Below are positions 18,053 through 27,141 of a stretch of DNA of 58,824 nucleotides, piece after piece. This DNA is from Gemmatimonadota bacterium (lineage in GTDB: Bacteria > Gemmatimonadota > Gemmatimonadetes > Gemmatimonadales > GWC2-71-9). A program made the translations under genes and the position numbers. Every line of letters starts with the position of its first letter. Positions within the stretch are counted from its first letter, which is position 1. Where the stretch lies: assembly GCA_039588335.1 (NCBI GenBank), contig JBDGZZ010000005.1, forward strand, positions 1 to 58,824. The letters run 5' to 3'. The notes below the pieces were generated by a model that worked only from the letters and a program-made list of their open reading frames with translations, had not been told where the DNA came from and ran no database searches.

Positions 18053-20518
18053 ATGGCGCGGACAAAGAAAGACGCAGCAACCAAGACGTTTGAACGCCTC
18101 GGTGCGTTCTACCTGGGCCGCAGATTCGACTCGGACAGCGGGGCAGTCCTGACTGACCCGATTCTGTACGATTCCAAGGACCTCACCACGCACGCAGTGT
18201 GTGTAGGAATGACCGGCAGCGGGAAGACGGGACTCTGCGTGTCGTTATTGGAGGAAGCCGCCATTGACGGCATCCCGGCGATCGTGATCGATCCCAAAGG
18301 CGATCTGGGCAACCTGTTGCTGAACTTCCCCCAGCTCAGACCGTCCGACTTCCTGCCGTGGATCGACCCCGGACAGGCTGCACGCAAGGGCATGTCACCT
18401 GACGAGTATGCCGCTGACGTTGCTGATTTGTGGAAGAACGGCCTGGCTGAGTGGGGTCAAGACGGAGCCCGACTCCGGCGTCTGCGCGATGCAGCCGATT
18501 TCGCGATCTACACGCCGGGCAGCACGGCCGGCTTACAACTGAGTCTACTGGGATCCTTCGCGGCGCCGGGTGCGGCCCTGCTCGAGGACGCCGACGCATT
18601 CCGCGAGCGCGTCAACGCAACCGCGTCGGGACTCCTGAGCTTGGTGGGTGTAGAGGCCGATCCGGTGACGAGCAGAGAACACATCCTGCTATCCAACCTG
18701 TTCGACCGTGCATGGCGTGAGGGTCGCGACCTCGATCTTGCCTCTCTCATTGCCGAGGTACAGTCGCCCCCGATTCAAACCGTGGGAGTGATGGAACTCG
18801 AAACATTTTATCCGAGCAAAGACCGTTTCGCATTCTCGATGATGCTGAACAACTTGCTCGCATCACCGGGCTTTGCTGCATGGATGGAAGGTGAGCCGTT
18901 TGATATCAGTAGCCTGCTACGTACGCCCGATGGCCAACCACGCATCTCGATCCTGTCCATCGCGCATCTGTCCGACCCCGAGCGCATGTTCTTCGTTACA
19001 CTGCTGTTGAATGAAGTCGTTGCCTGGATGCGATCGCAGGCCGGTACCGGAAGCCTGCGCGCGTTGCTGTACATGGACGAAGTCTTTGGTTACTTCCCGC
19101 CCACGGCGAATCCTCCATCCAAGCCACCCATGCTCACACTACTGAAACAAGCTCGGGCGTACGGACTTGGCGTGGTGCTGGCAACGCAGAACCCGGTGGA
19201 TCTCGACTACAAAGGACTCTCCAACGCCGGGACATGGTTCTTGGGTCGGCTACAGACTGCGCGCGACAAGCAGCGCGTGATGGACGGATTGGAAGGCGCT
19301 TCCGCCGTGTCCGGAGCAGCGTTCGACCGAGGTAAGATCGAAAAGGTGTTGTCCGGCCTGGATAGCCGTGTGTTCCTGATGCACAATGTTCACGAAGACG
19401 AGCCCGTGTTATTCCACACGCGCTGGGCGATGTCGTATTTGCGCGGTCCACTCACCCGCAGGCAGATCCAGAGCCTCATGGCCGACAGGAAGGAGGCGGT
19501 AACCGTGAAGGCGCCAGCTGCACGACGGCCCAAGGCCAAACCAACCAAGGCAGGGCGTGTCACCGCCGCTCGTCCGAGCGTTCCCGCTGACATCACGCAG
19601 GCATTCTTGCCCACGGCCAGTGTCGGCACCGGAAGCAGCCAGTTGGTCTACCGGCCGGCTCTTCTTGCGACCGCCGATCTACACTTCGCAAACGCACGAG
19701 CCGGTTTGGACGCATGGGAGACCGTGGCCTACGTCGCTCCATTGAAGGGACGGGCCGGAGTGAATCTGTGGAAAGGGTCCGAGCGGTTAGACACGGTCGA
19801 GCCGGATTTGGCGTATGAGCCGGATGAGGCGGCTGAGTTTGCCAAGCTCCCTACGGAAGCGTCCAAGAAAGCGTCCTACAGATCCTGGCAGAAGACATTT
19901 AAGACACATCTATATCAGAGTCACAGCGTTGACCTGTTGCGGTGTCCCAAACTCAAACTCAAAGCCTTGCCAGATGAGGCCGAAGCTGATTTCCGTGTCA
20001 GGGTGCGTGAAGCCGCCCGGGAGAAGCGCGACGCTGGCCTAGAGAAGCTGCGCAAGCGCTACACACCCAAGCTCGCCACTCTGCAGGATCGTATTCGCCG
20101 AGCGGAGGACAAGGTCGGGCGTGAAAAGTCGCAATACGATCAACAGAAGATGCAAACGGCCATCTCGGTGGGCGCGACCGTACTAGGTGCTCTACTCGGC
20201 AGGAAGGTGGCAAGTGTCGGTACCGTGGGTCGTGCCACGACAACGGCACGAGGCGTTGGTCGGGCTGCTCGTGAGAAGGGTGACATAGCCAGGGCGAGAC
20301 GTGACCTAGAGGCACTATACCAGAAGTTGGGTGACTTACAGGCCGAGTTTGAAGAGGAGATCAGCCTATTGGGTGAAAGCATGGATCCTGCCGCATTCGA
20401 GATCACTACAACCGCTGTGCGCCCTCGCAAGACCGACATAAGTGTAGGGCAATTCTGCCTCGCCTGGCTCCCGCACTGGCTGAGTGAAGACGGTCTCGTC
20501 GAGCCTGCATACGAATGA
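18053..20518 (+). CDS. HerA/FtsK-superfamily P-loop ATPase (DUF87/DUF853-like) with C-terminal coiled coil
   Basis: Walker A GMTGSGKT, IDPKGD, Walker B LLYMDE and RAYGLGVVLATQNP. GGAG RBS before ATG 18053. Confidence 0.88.
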   Translation: MARTKKDAATKTFERLGAFYLGRRFDSDSGAVLTDPILYDSKDLTTHAVCVGMTGSGKTGLCVSLLEEAAIDGIPAIVIDPKGDLGNLLLNFPQLRPSDFLPWIDPGQAARKGMSPDEYAADVADLWKNGLAEWGQDGARLRRLRDAADFAIYTPGSTAGLQLSLLGSFAAPGAALLEDADAFRERVNATASGLLSLVGVEADPVTSREHILLSNLFDRAWREGRDLDLASLIAEVQSPPIQTVGVMELETFYPSKDRFAFSMMLNNLLASPGFAAWMEGEPFDISSLLRTPDGQPRISILSIAHLSDPERMFFVTLLLNEVVAWMRSQAGTGSLRALLYMDEVFGYFPPTANPPSKPPMLTLLKQARAYGLGVVLATQNPVDLDYKGLSNAGTWFLGRLQTARDKQRVMDGLEGASAVSGAAFDRGKIEKVLSGLDSRVFLMHNVHEDEPVLFHTRWAMSYLRGPLTRRQIQSLMADRKEAVTVKAPAARRPKAKPTKAGRVTAARPSVPADITQAFLPTASVGTGSSQLVYRPALLATADLHFANARAGLDAWETVAYVAPLKGRAGVNLWKGSERLDTVEPDLAYEPDEAAEFAKLPTEASKKASYRSWQKTFKTHLYQSHSVDLLRCPKLKLKALPDEAEADFRVRVREAAREKRDAGLEKLRKRYTPKLATLQDRIRRAEDKVGREKSQYDQQKMQTAISVGATVLGALLGRKVASVGTVGRATTTARGVGRAAREKGDIARARRDLEALYQKLGDLQAEFEEEISLLGESMDPAAFEITTTAVRPRKTDISVGQFCLAWLPHWLSEDGLVEPAYE

Positions 20519-20521
20519 GAA

Positions 20522-20546
20522 CAGCCGGTCCTAGTCGGGCCGGCTG
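20522..20546. terminator. GC-rich hairpin between convergent genes
   Basis: cagccggtcc-tagtc-gggccggctg, a 10-bp stem with one G-U pair. No clear U tract. Confidence 0.5.
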
Positions 20547-20573
20547 CTCACTGCTTCAGTCCATTCTCGTATT

Positions 20574-20783
20574 CTACTTCTTGCTCTTGAGCACGAACGT
20601 CACTTTCATGTTCACGCGGAACTGGTTGATCTTTCCGTTCTTGACATCGACCTTGAAGCCATCTACCCAAGCACCCTTGATATCTTCCAACGTCTCGGTT
20701 GCCCGCTCGATGCCACTCGCCACCGCATCATCAAAGCTCTTCTTCGAAGTTGCACTGATCTCGGTCACTCGTGCTACAGACAT
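20574..20783 (-). CDS. Dodecin-family flavin-binding protein
   Basis: 69 aa MSVARVTEISATSKKSFDDAV..GIERA..TL..I.GAWV..FRVNMKVTFVL, with GAGGT RBS. Confidence 0.88.
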   Translation of the reverse strand: MSVARVTEISATSKKSFDDAVASGIERATETLEDIKGAWVDGFKVDVKNGKINQFRVNMKVTFVLKSKK

Positions 20784-20803
20784 GATGTACCTCGCGTTCA
20801 GTT

Positions 20804-21211
20804 CTAGTATGTGATCATTGGCGGCAGCTTGCCGGCACCGTCGATCCAATCCTGAACCACTTTGGCGTTGGGTATTGTGCGGGTCAGTTTCTTCTCCTCG
20901 TTCACCTCTTTCATCTTGGACGCGAGGTTCTCCGCGTTGCGATTGCGCAGTTCCTTGATCGTGTCCACGCCGACCGCCTCCAACAACTCAGAATACTCCG
21001 AGCCGATTCCCGAGACCCGCATCAGGTCGGCCAGGTTGGTCCACTTGAGAAGCTGGTTCGAGCTGACGCCAGTCGTCTGGCTTACCGAATCCCTACCCTG
21101 GGTCGTCTTGCACAGCTCCAGCAGGTCATCCGTGGTTGCTATCTTCGCCGCCGCGAGTTTCCCGGCGTAGGTTGGACCGATGCCTTCGATGTCCTCGATC
21201 TTGTAGCCCAT
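20804..21211 (-). CDS. DUF4332 helix-hairpin-helix protein
   Basis: IEDIEGIGP and ADLMRVSGIG.EYSELLEA.GVDTIKEL..RN motifs, with AAAGGA RBS. Confidence 0.88.
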   Translation of the reverse strand: MGYKIEDIEGIGPTYAGKLAAAKIATTDDLLELCKTTQGRDSVSQTTGVSSNQLLKWTNLADLMRVSGIGSEYSELLEAVGVDTIKELRNRNAENLASKMKEVNEEKKLTRTIPNAKVVQDWIDGAGKLPPMITY

Positions 21212-21386
21212 GTTACGAATCCTTTCCTCAGTTCATTATTGATGTGTCTAATTGCCGTTGCCGAGGCGCTGTCGGATTCTCGCTCCTGTGCAGGGTGTTG
21301 TCCAGGGTCTTCGTCTGCCATCGTGCATCCTCGGACTCCGCTGTGTCAGAACTTCCTGACAAATCCTCATCCTTCCTTGACCGCCG

Positions 21387-21569
21387 TTGACTGGCGTGGT
21401 CGTCGATCGAACCCGATACCTAAAGAGGTCCCTCACGGGGGAACTCATGGGTCAGCGACTGATTGCCACCTCCACAGTTGCGCACCCGAGCGAGCGTGTG
21501 AGGTGGAAGCCGGAGGGCGTGAACGAGGCGTTCGTTTTGGATCTCGACGAGTTGTTCAAGCCCATTTGA
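21387..21569 (+). pseudogene. Possible C-terminal remnant of a Uma2/DUF820-like endonuclease
   Basis: Only the last ~28 aa (ERVRWKPEGVNEAFVLDLDELFKPI) look protein-like. They resemble Uma2 C-termini as I recall them. No nuclease core upstream. Confidence 0.35.
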
Positions 21570-21643
21570 GCGCGGGCCATCGTCGCTGATCCCTGCACTG
21601 AAGTGCGTGCTCGGCAGCGGCACTGAACGTACCGCTCGTTGTC

Positions 21644-23179
21644 TCAAAGGCGCTCGAGCGGAGCAGCGTACACCCTGCCAAACCTATCCGTGACTTCAAC
21701 GACAACATCTGCTCCTTTCGCGGCCGGTGCGTAGAACAGGTGTGCCGTGGGAACCGGTTCCACCCATTTGCGGCGCGGTGGCAGATCGGGGCCGGTATGC
21801 AACTCCACGCTCAGCGGATCGAGGCCCACGCGCTGCGCCATGGACCCTCTGCGGTCACCACCTTCGTACCACACGACTTTCCACTCGGGATCCCAGTCCC
21901 AAACGTTGGCGACTATTTCGTCCGGGGCCTTCGGATCGGCACCGTTCGGGTATGTTCGCATCTGGTGTTCGAAACCGTGACCGGTGGATTTGTAGCGCCA
22001 GCTCACTTCGGACCCACGGATATCGTAGACACTGTACCCGCACGGAGTCCCGTCGGCGCAGATCGGACCACTCCACCAAGCACCGCACACCGCCCCGTTC
22101 ACATGTTCGTGCACCCCATGCTCAAATACGTGCTCGCTCTCATGAGTGTGACCGGTGAGGATGTGGGCATCGAACGGTTCGAGTAGCCGGTACAGCACGT
22201 CGCGGTTGGTTACGGAAATTGTGATACTCGGGTTCTGTTGGCCGATGCGAACGTGGCGCGAACCCAATACAGGGATGTGCGCGGCGACGAAGACGGTTGC
22301 TCCCGGTTCCACCAAGGCGAGATCTCTTTCGAGCCACGCCAGCTGCTCTGCATCGAGGTACCCGATATAGCCCTTGCCGTGCCAGAACACGTCGTCGAGG
22401 ACCACATAGTGCGCTGTGCCGCGGTTGAACGAGTAGTGGCGTGGGCCGAAATGACTGGTGAAGGTTGCCGTCGAGTCCTTGTCCGTTGCGACGTAGTCCA
22501 TGTCGTGGTTGCCGAGCGCCTGGAAGAACGGAATTCCCGTGAGTGACACGTTGCGTTCGTACTCGGGGAACAACTCCAGATGGTCGTACATGATATCTCC
22601 ACATGCGATACCAAAGGCCTCGGTAGTACCACCAGCCGTAACGACCGACACGACATCGGGTACGGTCCGCTCTCGGCACCAGGTTATCTCGTCCATGTCT
22701 TCAGTCTGGGGATCGGCCAGGACTAGCATCATGTGGTTGTCGTTCGAGGCGTCGAGTCTCTCGAGATCGAACTCCGCGATCATCTCCCCGCCTGGATCAG
22801 GCTGCATCAGCTGGTAGAACCGAGCTGTACCGGAAGAGTTCTGCGGGATCCGATACCCCGCAGGCAACGAAACGGAAACGAACTCGCGGTCGGCCGTTGT
22901 GATTAGTTCGAAGGTCCCGTCGGCCCGAGTCTGAACCACATCCATACTGTCAGTAACCGCAACTCCCGCGATGCCGCTCCCGCCAGCTCTGACCTGGCCC
23001 CGGACACGCACCGGCTTCGCCCGACCCAGCAAGGGTGGGAGCAGACTACTCGGGAAACCTTCCAATCTTCGCGGCAACACGATGGCAGCAGTTCCTGCTG
23101 CTGCTGCCTGAAGGAAGGAACGACGGTTCAACCCATTTTCTGAGAGCTTCCGTGGTAAACGCTGGCGCCTGTCGCTCAT
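21644..23179 (-). CDS. Tat-exported calcineurin-like metallophosphoesterase (MetallophosN/C type)
   Basis: Tat signal NRRSFLQ. Motifs ADPQ, GDIM, GNHD, HIP and GHTH, plus CGAWWSG..C.DGTP.GY. Confidence 0.9.
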   Translation of the reverse strand: MSDRRQRLPRKLSENGLNRRSFLQAAAAGTAAIVLPRRLEGFPSSLLPPLLGRAKPVRVRGQVRAGGSGIAGVAVTDSMDVVQTRADGTFELITTADREFVSVSLPAGYRIPQNSSGTARFYQLMQPDPGGEMIAEFDLERLDASNDNHMMLVLADPQTEDMDEITWCRERTVPDVVSVVTAGGTTEAFGIACGDIMYDHLELFPEYERNVSLTGIPFFQALGNHDMDYVATDKDSTATFTSHFGPRHYSFNRGTAHYVVLDDVFWHGKGYIGYLDAEQLAWLERDLALVEPGATVFVAAHIPVLGSRHVRIGQQNPSITISVTNRDVLYRLLEPFDAHILTGHTHESEHVFEHGVHEHVNGAVCGAWWSGPICADGTPCGYSVYDIRGSEVSWRYKSTGHGFEHQMRTYPNGADPKAPDEIVANVWDWDPEWKVVWYEGGDRRGSMAQRVGLDPLSVELHTGPDLPPRRKWVEPVPTAHLFYAPAAKGADVVVEVTDRFGRVYAAPLERL

Positions 23180-23359
23180 TGGTGCCTCCGGAGACCTAGG
23201 AGTCGTAGGGTTGCGTGCCCAGACATGGTAGTCGAGTCGTGATCAGGAGACCATAGCATCGCGGGGTCCTCGGAGTTGCCAATCTCCGGTCCTGACGATC
23301 AAATATACACCTCTGCTCCTCTGCCTCCCTGCCCCGAATTGACTCGCACCGGCTGCTAC

Positions 23360-23388
23360 TTGACCACGAGTTGTCTGGTCTGCAGTAT
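23360..23388 (+). promoter_or_regulatory. Candidate sigma70 promoter for the kinase-methyltransferase operon
   Basis: TTGACC (23360-23365), 17 bp spacer, CAGTAT (23383-23388). Confidence 0.35.
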
Positions 23389-23414
23389 CACTGAGTCAGA
23401 GTCGCCGAAGTACG

Positions 23415-23585
23415 ATGTCTCTTCCGGAAAAGGTTGTTGAGAGGAGGCGAGCCACGGGTGGGGACCAGGCAAATCGGCCACCGGTGTGTCAACCGTCGCA
23501 AAGGCATCTTGACGAGCCAAAGCATCGTGGCTCGGAACGAGTCCCGGCTTCGCAACGGAGATTACTTCGTGCGGAGGGTTCTTGA
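23415..23585 (+). CDS. Possible 56-aa leader ORF coupled to the kinase
   Basis: ATG 23415 is open to TGA 23585 (MSLPEKVVERRRATGG...RRLLRAEGS). The stop overlaps the kinase TTG as TTGA. No recognisable homology and no strong RBS. Confidence 0.3.
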   Translation: MSLPEKVVERRRATGGDQANRPPVCQPSQRHLDEPKHRGSERVPASQRRLLRAEGS

Positions 23586-25969
23586 CCTTCTCGCCTGACA
23601 CACGGCTTGGTCCCTACGTGGTGACGGACCCGATCGGGTCTGGCGGCATGGGCGAGGTATACAAGGCCTTCGACCCACGCCTCGGGCGCCATGTCGCGAT
23701 CAAGGTCCTTCCGTCAGACCTGGCGAAGCATCCCGAACTCCAGCGGCGATTCGAGCGAGAAACGCGCGCCATATCCGCGATAAACCACAAGAACATCTGC
23801 ACCATCTACGACACAGGCCAACACGAAGGTCAACCGTTCATCGTGATGGAGTTGATGGAAGGACAAACGCTCGATGTGCTGCTGCGCTCCGGCCCCCTCG
23901 CACCAGATACGGTGCTCGACATCGGGATCCAAGTTGCTGACGCGCTCGAAGCGGCGCACCGTCAATCCATCGTTCACCGCGACATAAAGACTGCCAACAT
24001 CTTCCTGACCACCCGCGGCGATGCCAAGGTGTTGGACTTCGGGATTGCGAAGGTGACGCCGACTGAGGATACGCATGCTGACGACCAGGACACTGCCCTG
24101 ACGGCTGTCGGCACCACCATCGGAACAGCAGCATTCATGTCACCAGAGCAGGCCAGAGGTGAGGAGGTCGATCCCAGAACGGACGTGTACTCCCTAGGTG
24201 TCGTTCTATACCAAATGGCAACCGGAGTGCAGCCGTACAGGGGTTCTGCAGACCGCATCCTCGCTCAGCTGACGACGCCTCAACCGGTGCCCAGCTTGGT
24301 GACACAGAACCCTGGTGTGCCAGGGGATCTCGACCGGATCATCCTACGAGCCCTCGAGAAGGACAGGGAGGTCCGCTACCAAACAGCCAAAGACCTGCTG
24401 GCGGATCTGCGGCGTTACAGGCGTGATGTTGTGTCGGGTCCAACTGCGGCCCGCAAGGCACTCGGCAGCGACGGCAGGTCGCCTTGGTGGCAAACCCGCA
24501 TTTTCGGCGGGTCCGTCGCACTGCTCGCATTGATAGGAGTAGGCGCCGGCCTAGGTATCCTGATACCGCGCTGGGGAGCGCCACAGCAGGTTCAATCGAT
24601 CGCAGTCCTACCGTGCTCGAGTCCGGGCGACGATACCGAAATCGACTACCTGTGCGACGTGCTTAGTGAGAGCCTCATCGCAAGTCTGTCGCAGATTGGA
24701 CTCACCGTGATGTCCGACCAGATGGTGGAGCCATACCGGACCGGCAACAGGAGTGCACTCGAGATCGGGCAGGACCTCGATGTGGATGCCGTGGTGACGG
24801 AACAGGTCGATGCATATGGGGAAGGACTGTCCCTGGCAGTTGCCGTCACCGACGTGAGTAACGGTGCGTACATCTGGGGCGACCGCTACGATAGTCCGAG
24901 CGGCGAAATACACGGGCTCCACGAAGCCGTGGCACTGGATGTGGCCGAAAACCTGCAGCTGCGACTGAGCGCCACAGAGAGAGCTCAGTTCAGAATATAT
25001 CAAACATATCAACAAGCTCAGTACGACTGGGAGAAACGAGAACTCGACTCCGCGATTGCGCTGTTTGAGGAGGTCATCAGCGAGGACCCCAACCACGCTC
25101 GCGCCCACGCCGGCCTGGCCAATTCTTACGTGCTGCTGCCGTACTACAGCGGCACATCCCCTAGCGAGGCATACCCCAAGGCGCGGCGCGCTGCCCAGCA
25201 AGCTCTCGATCTCGATCGAACGATTGCTGAAGCTCACGCCGTACTGGGGTTGGTGAAGCGGGATTTCGAACGCGACTGGCCTGGGGCAGAACTGGAATTC
25301 AAGAGGGCGATCGATCTAAACCCGACTTCCGGGCAAGCGCTGCAGTGGTACGCTGAGACCCTGACCATGTCCGGGCGGTTCCGTGAGGCAGAGCAGACGA
25401 TTCTAGAGGCCCAACGTGTTATGCCGCTTTCACTCGCTGTCAGAGCGGTTCACGGTTGGGTCCTGTTCTGTGCCGGCCGGGGCGAAGCCGCACTCGACCA
25501 GCTGCAGGCGACTCTGCAAATGGATCCGGACTACGCCATGACGCACTGGTTCCTGGGACAACTTTACGTGCAACGCGGGGAGTACGGCGCAGCAATCGCT
25601 GCTCTGGAAAGGGCCACGAGGCTCTCGCCCGATGCGAGCCGCATGATCGCCGACCTCGGTAGCGCATACGGCCTTCGCGGCGATCGGGACAAAGCTCAGG
25701 CCTCCCTGGATAGGCTGAGCGAGCTCTCCGACCGGGGAGTAAACGTATCTCGCTACGAGTTCTCCGTAGTGTATGCGGGACTGGGAGACAACGATCGAGC
25801 GATTCGGGAACTCGAGTCTGCATTGGAGGAGCTAACCTGGCAGGTAGTGCTGGTGAAGGTCGATCCCATGCTCGCGCCATTGAGAGATGATCCCAGGTTC
25901 ATCGGATTGGTGCGCCGCGTTGGCCTCCCGGCTGACCAGGCCATCAGTGGGGGGAGCGTGGCCCGTTGA
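23582..25969 (+). CDS. Hanks-type Ser/Thr kinase with TM, TolB-N-like domain and TPR region
   Basis: GGAGG before the TTG start. GSGGMGEV, HRDIKTAN, DFG and GTAAFMSPE motifs, then TM, SIAVLP, TPRs and a terminal PLRDDPRF. Confidence 0.93.
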   Translation: MTFSPDTRLGPYVVTDPIGSGGMGEVYKAFDPRLGRHVAIKVLPSDLAKHPELQRRFERETRAISAINHKNICTIYDTGQHEGQPFIVMELMEGQTLDVLLRSGPLAPDTVLDIGIQVADALEAAHRQSIVHRDIKTANIFLTTRGDAKVLDFGIAKVTPTEDTHADDQDTALTAVGTTIGTAAFMSPEQARGEEVDPRTDVYSLGVVLYQMATGVQPYRGSADRILAQLTTPQPVPSLVTQNPGVPGDLDRIILRALEKDREVRYQTAKDLLADLRRYRRDVVSGPTAARKALGSDGRSPWWQTRIFGGSVALLALIGVGAGLGILIPRWGAPQQVQSIAVLPCSSPGDDTEIDYLCDVLSESLIASLSQIGLTVMSDQMVEPYRTGNRSALEIGQDLDVDAVVTEQVDAYGEGLSLAVAVTDVSNGAYIWGDRYDSPSGEIHGLHEAVALDVAENLQLRLSATERAQFRIYQTYQQAQYDWEKRELDSAIALFEEVISEDPNHARAHAGLANSYVLLPYYSGTSPSEAYPKARRAAQQALDLDRTIAEAHAVLGLVKRDFERDWPGAELEFKRAIDLNPTSGQALQWYAETLTMSGRFREAEQTILEAQRVMPLSLAVRAVHGWVLFCAGRGEAALDQLQATLQMDPDYAMTHWFLGQLYVQRGEYGAAIAALERATRLSPDASRMIADLGSAYGLRGDRDKAQASLDRLSELSDRGVNVSRYEFSVVYAGLGDNDRAIRELESALEELTWQVVLVKVDPMLAPLRDDPRFIGLVRRVGLPADQAISGGSVAR

Positions 25970-27018
25970 GCGCCTCGAACAGTGCGGCCGCTCTCGCTCG
26001 TGACCTGCGACGCGTGACATTTCTCGTGGACCCCAGCATGTATGAGAAGCGCAATGCCTTTCCGCGGGAAGTCTACGGCGATCTGGATCGAGTCGTGCGA
26101 ACCGATCTCCACTATCACTACTCGGGCCCGATCTGTGCGCACCGATGGTTGGACGTGTGCGAAGATCCGGCCTACGGACATCACGGGCTGCTGAACCGCC
26201 TGGACCAAGTATTCCCCGGAGCAATCGAAGCCATGCGCGTCGACTCTGGCGGACTGTCGAGGATCAACCTAGCCAGCCTCGGCCCGGGGGACGGTTCACT
26301 GGACGAGCGAATGCTCAAGATCTTCGACAGCGAGATGACGGTAGATTCGTATTGCGGCCTGGATTTCTCGATCGAGTTGCTGCGCCGAGCCGTGCATCGA
26401 ATTGCAGGTGCCGACGAACTTCGTCACGAGTTTCCCATAACTGCAATATGCGGGGACTTTACAAAGTTGGAAGCCAAATTGCCAGAATTTACGCCAGGCC
26501 AGTCCCTCCGCATGTTCAGTCTTATCGGTTTGACCCTGGGGAACTACAGAGAAAGCGAGTTGTTGACTCAGGTCGGCAAATTGATGCATGACGGTGATTA
26601 CCTGTTCGTGGACGCCCGACTTCATACACTCGGCCCGAGCGTCGATGGATACTCTCTGAGCCCGTCTGAGCGAGAGGAAGTCCTCCAAAGCTACGATTTA
26701 GGAAGCGTGAGGAGATTCGTGTTTGCACCGGCAGAGGTTGCGACCTTTGCCACCTCCGCAGATGTAGAGATCGAGTACGACGTCACTGACGCTGTTACCA
26801 CGGTCCCCAATGCACTCAATGTCATCATCTATTGCACTGGACTCAGTACGACCATGCGCCTTACGGGCAAAGCGGTCCGGCGAGACAGGCTCGACTTGGC
26901 CATGACCACCATGTACCACTACCCGGACTTGGCTTCGTGGTTTGGTTCCGTCGGATTCTCAACGGTGTGGCAATCGGATGCCGGCGGCATCGCGATGTTC
27001 CTCTTGAGGAAGGACTAG
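25966..27018 (+). CDS. SAM-dependent methyltransferase, divergent EgtD / Methyltransf_33-like
   Basis: SLGPGDG (motif I), LDFSIELL, AICGDF, LIGLTLGNY and GDYLFVD follow the order of EgtD-family motifs. 4-bp TTGA overlap with the kinase stop. Confidence 0.75.
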   Translation: MSASNSAAALARDLRRVTFLVDPSMYEKRNAFPREVYGDLDRVVRTDLHYHYSGPICAHRWLDVCEDPAYGHHGLLNRLDQVFPGAIEAMRVDSGGLSRINLASLGPGDGSLDERMLKIFDSEMTVDSYCGLDFSIELLRRAVHRIAGADELRHEFPITAICGDFTKLEAKLPEFTPGQSLRMFSLIGLTLGNYRESELLTQVGKLMHDGDYLFVDARLHTLGPSVDGYSLSPSEREEVLQSYDLGSVRRFVFAPAEVATFATSADVEIEYDVTDAVTTVPNALNVIIYCTGLSTTMRLTGKAVRRDRLDLAMTTMYHYPDLASWFGSVGFSTVWQSDAGGIAMFLLRKD

Positions 27019-27020
27019 TC

Positions 27021-27066
27021 GTTCGGGCGACGCATGCGTCTCTCTGCCGTCCTGCCACTCTGCCTT
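27021..27066. repeat. Partial REP palindrome plus 8-bp array
   Basis: gttcgggcgacgcatgcgtc-tctctgccgtcctgccactctgcc. 27 of 28 nt are identical between 27031-27058 and 30255-30282. Confidence 0.8.
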
Positions 27067-27141
27067 TGAGTGATCTGTGCTCGGACGACTCAGACAAGCA
27101 ACCGTACTCGTCGCTCACCGGTGGTGACGGCCTGGCCCCCT

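Noticed and set aside
18053-20518. HerA-based anti-phage system or conjugative coupling protein
   Set aside because: No NurA, Sir2 or other nuclease partner, and no relaxase or T4SS genes nearby.
23465-23520. c-di-GMP-I (GEMM) riboswitch suggested by GGCAAA...GTCGCAAAG, and SAM-IV suggested by GGGTGGGGACCAGG
   Set aside because: No GNRA-capped P2 stem or P3 motif for GEMM and no SAM core elements were found. Kept only as an unassigned structured leader.
25966-27018. Ergothioneine biosynthesis cluster
   Set aside because: No egtB, egtC or egtE in the window and the methyltransferase is divergent, so the symbol egtD was not assigned.
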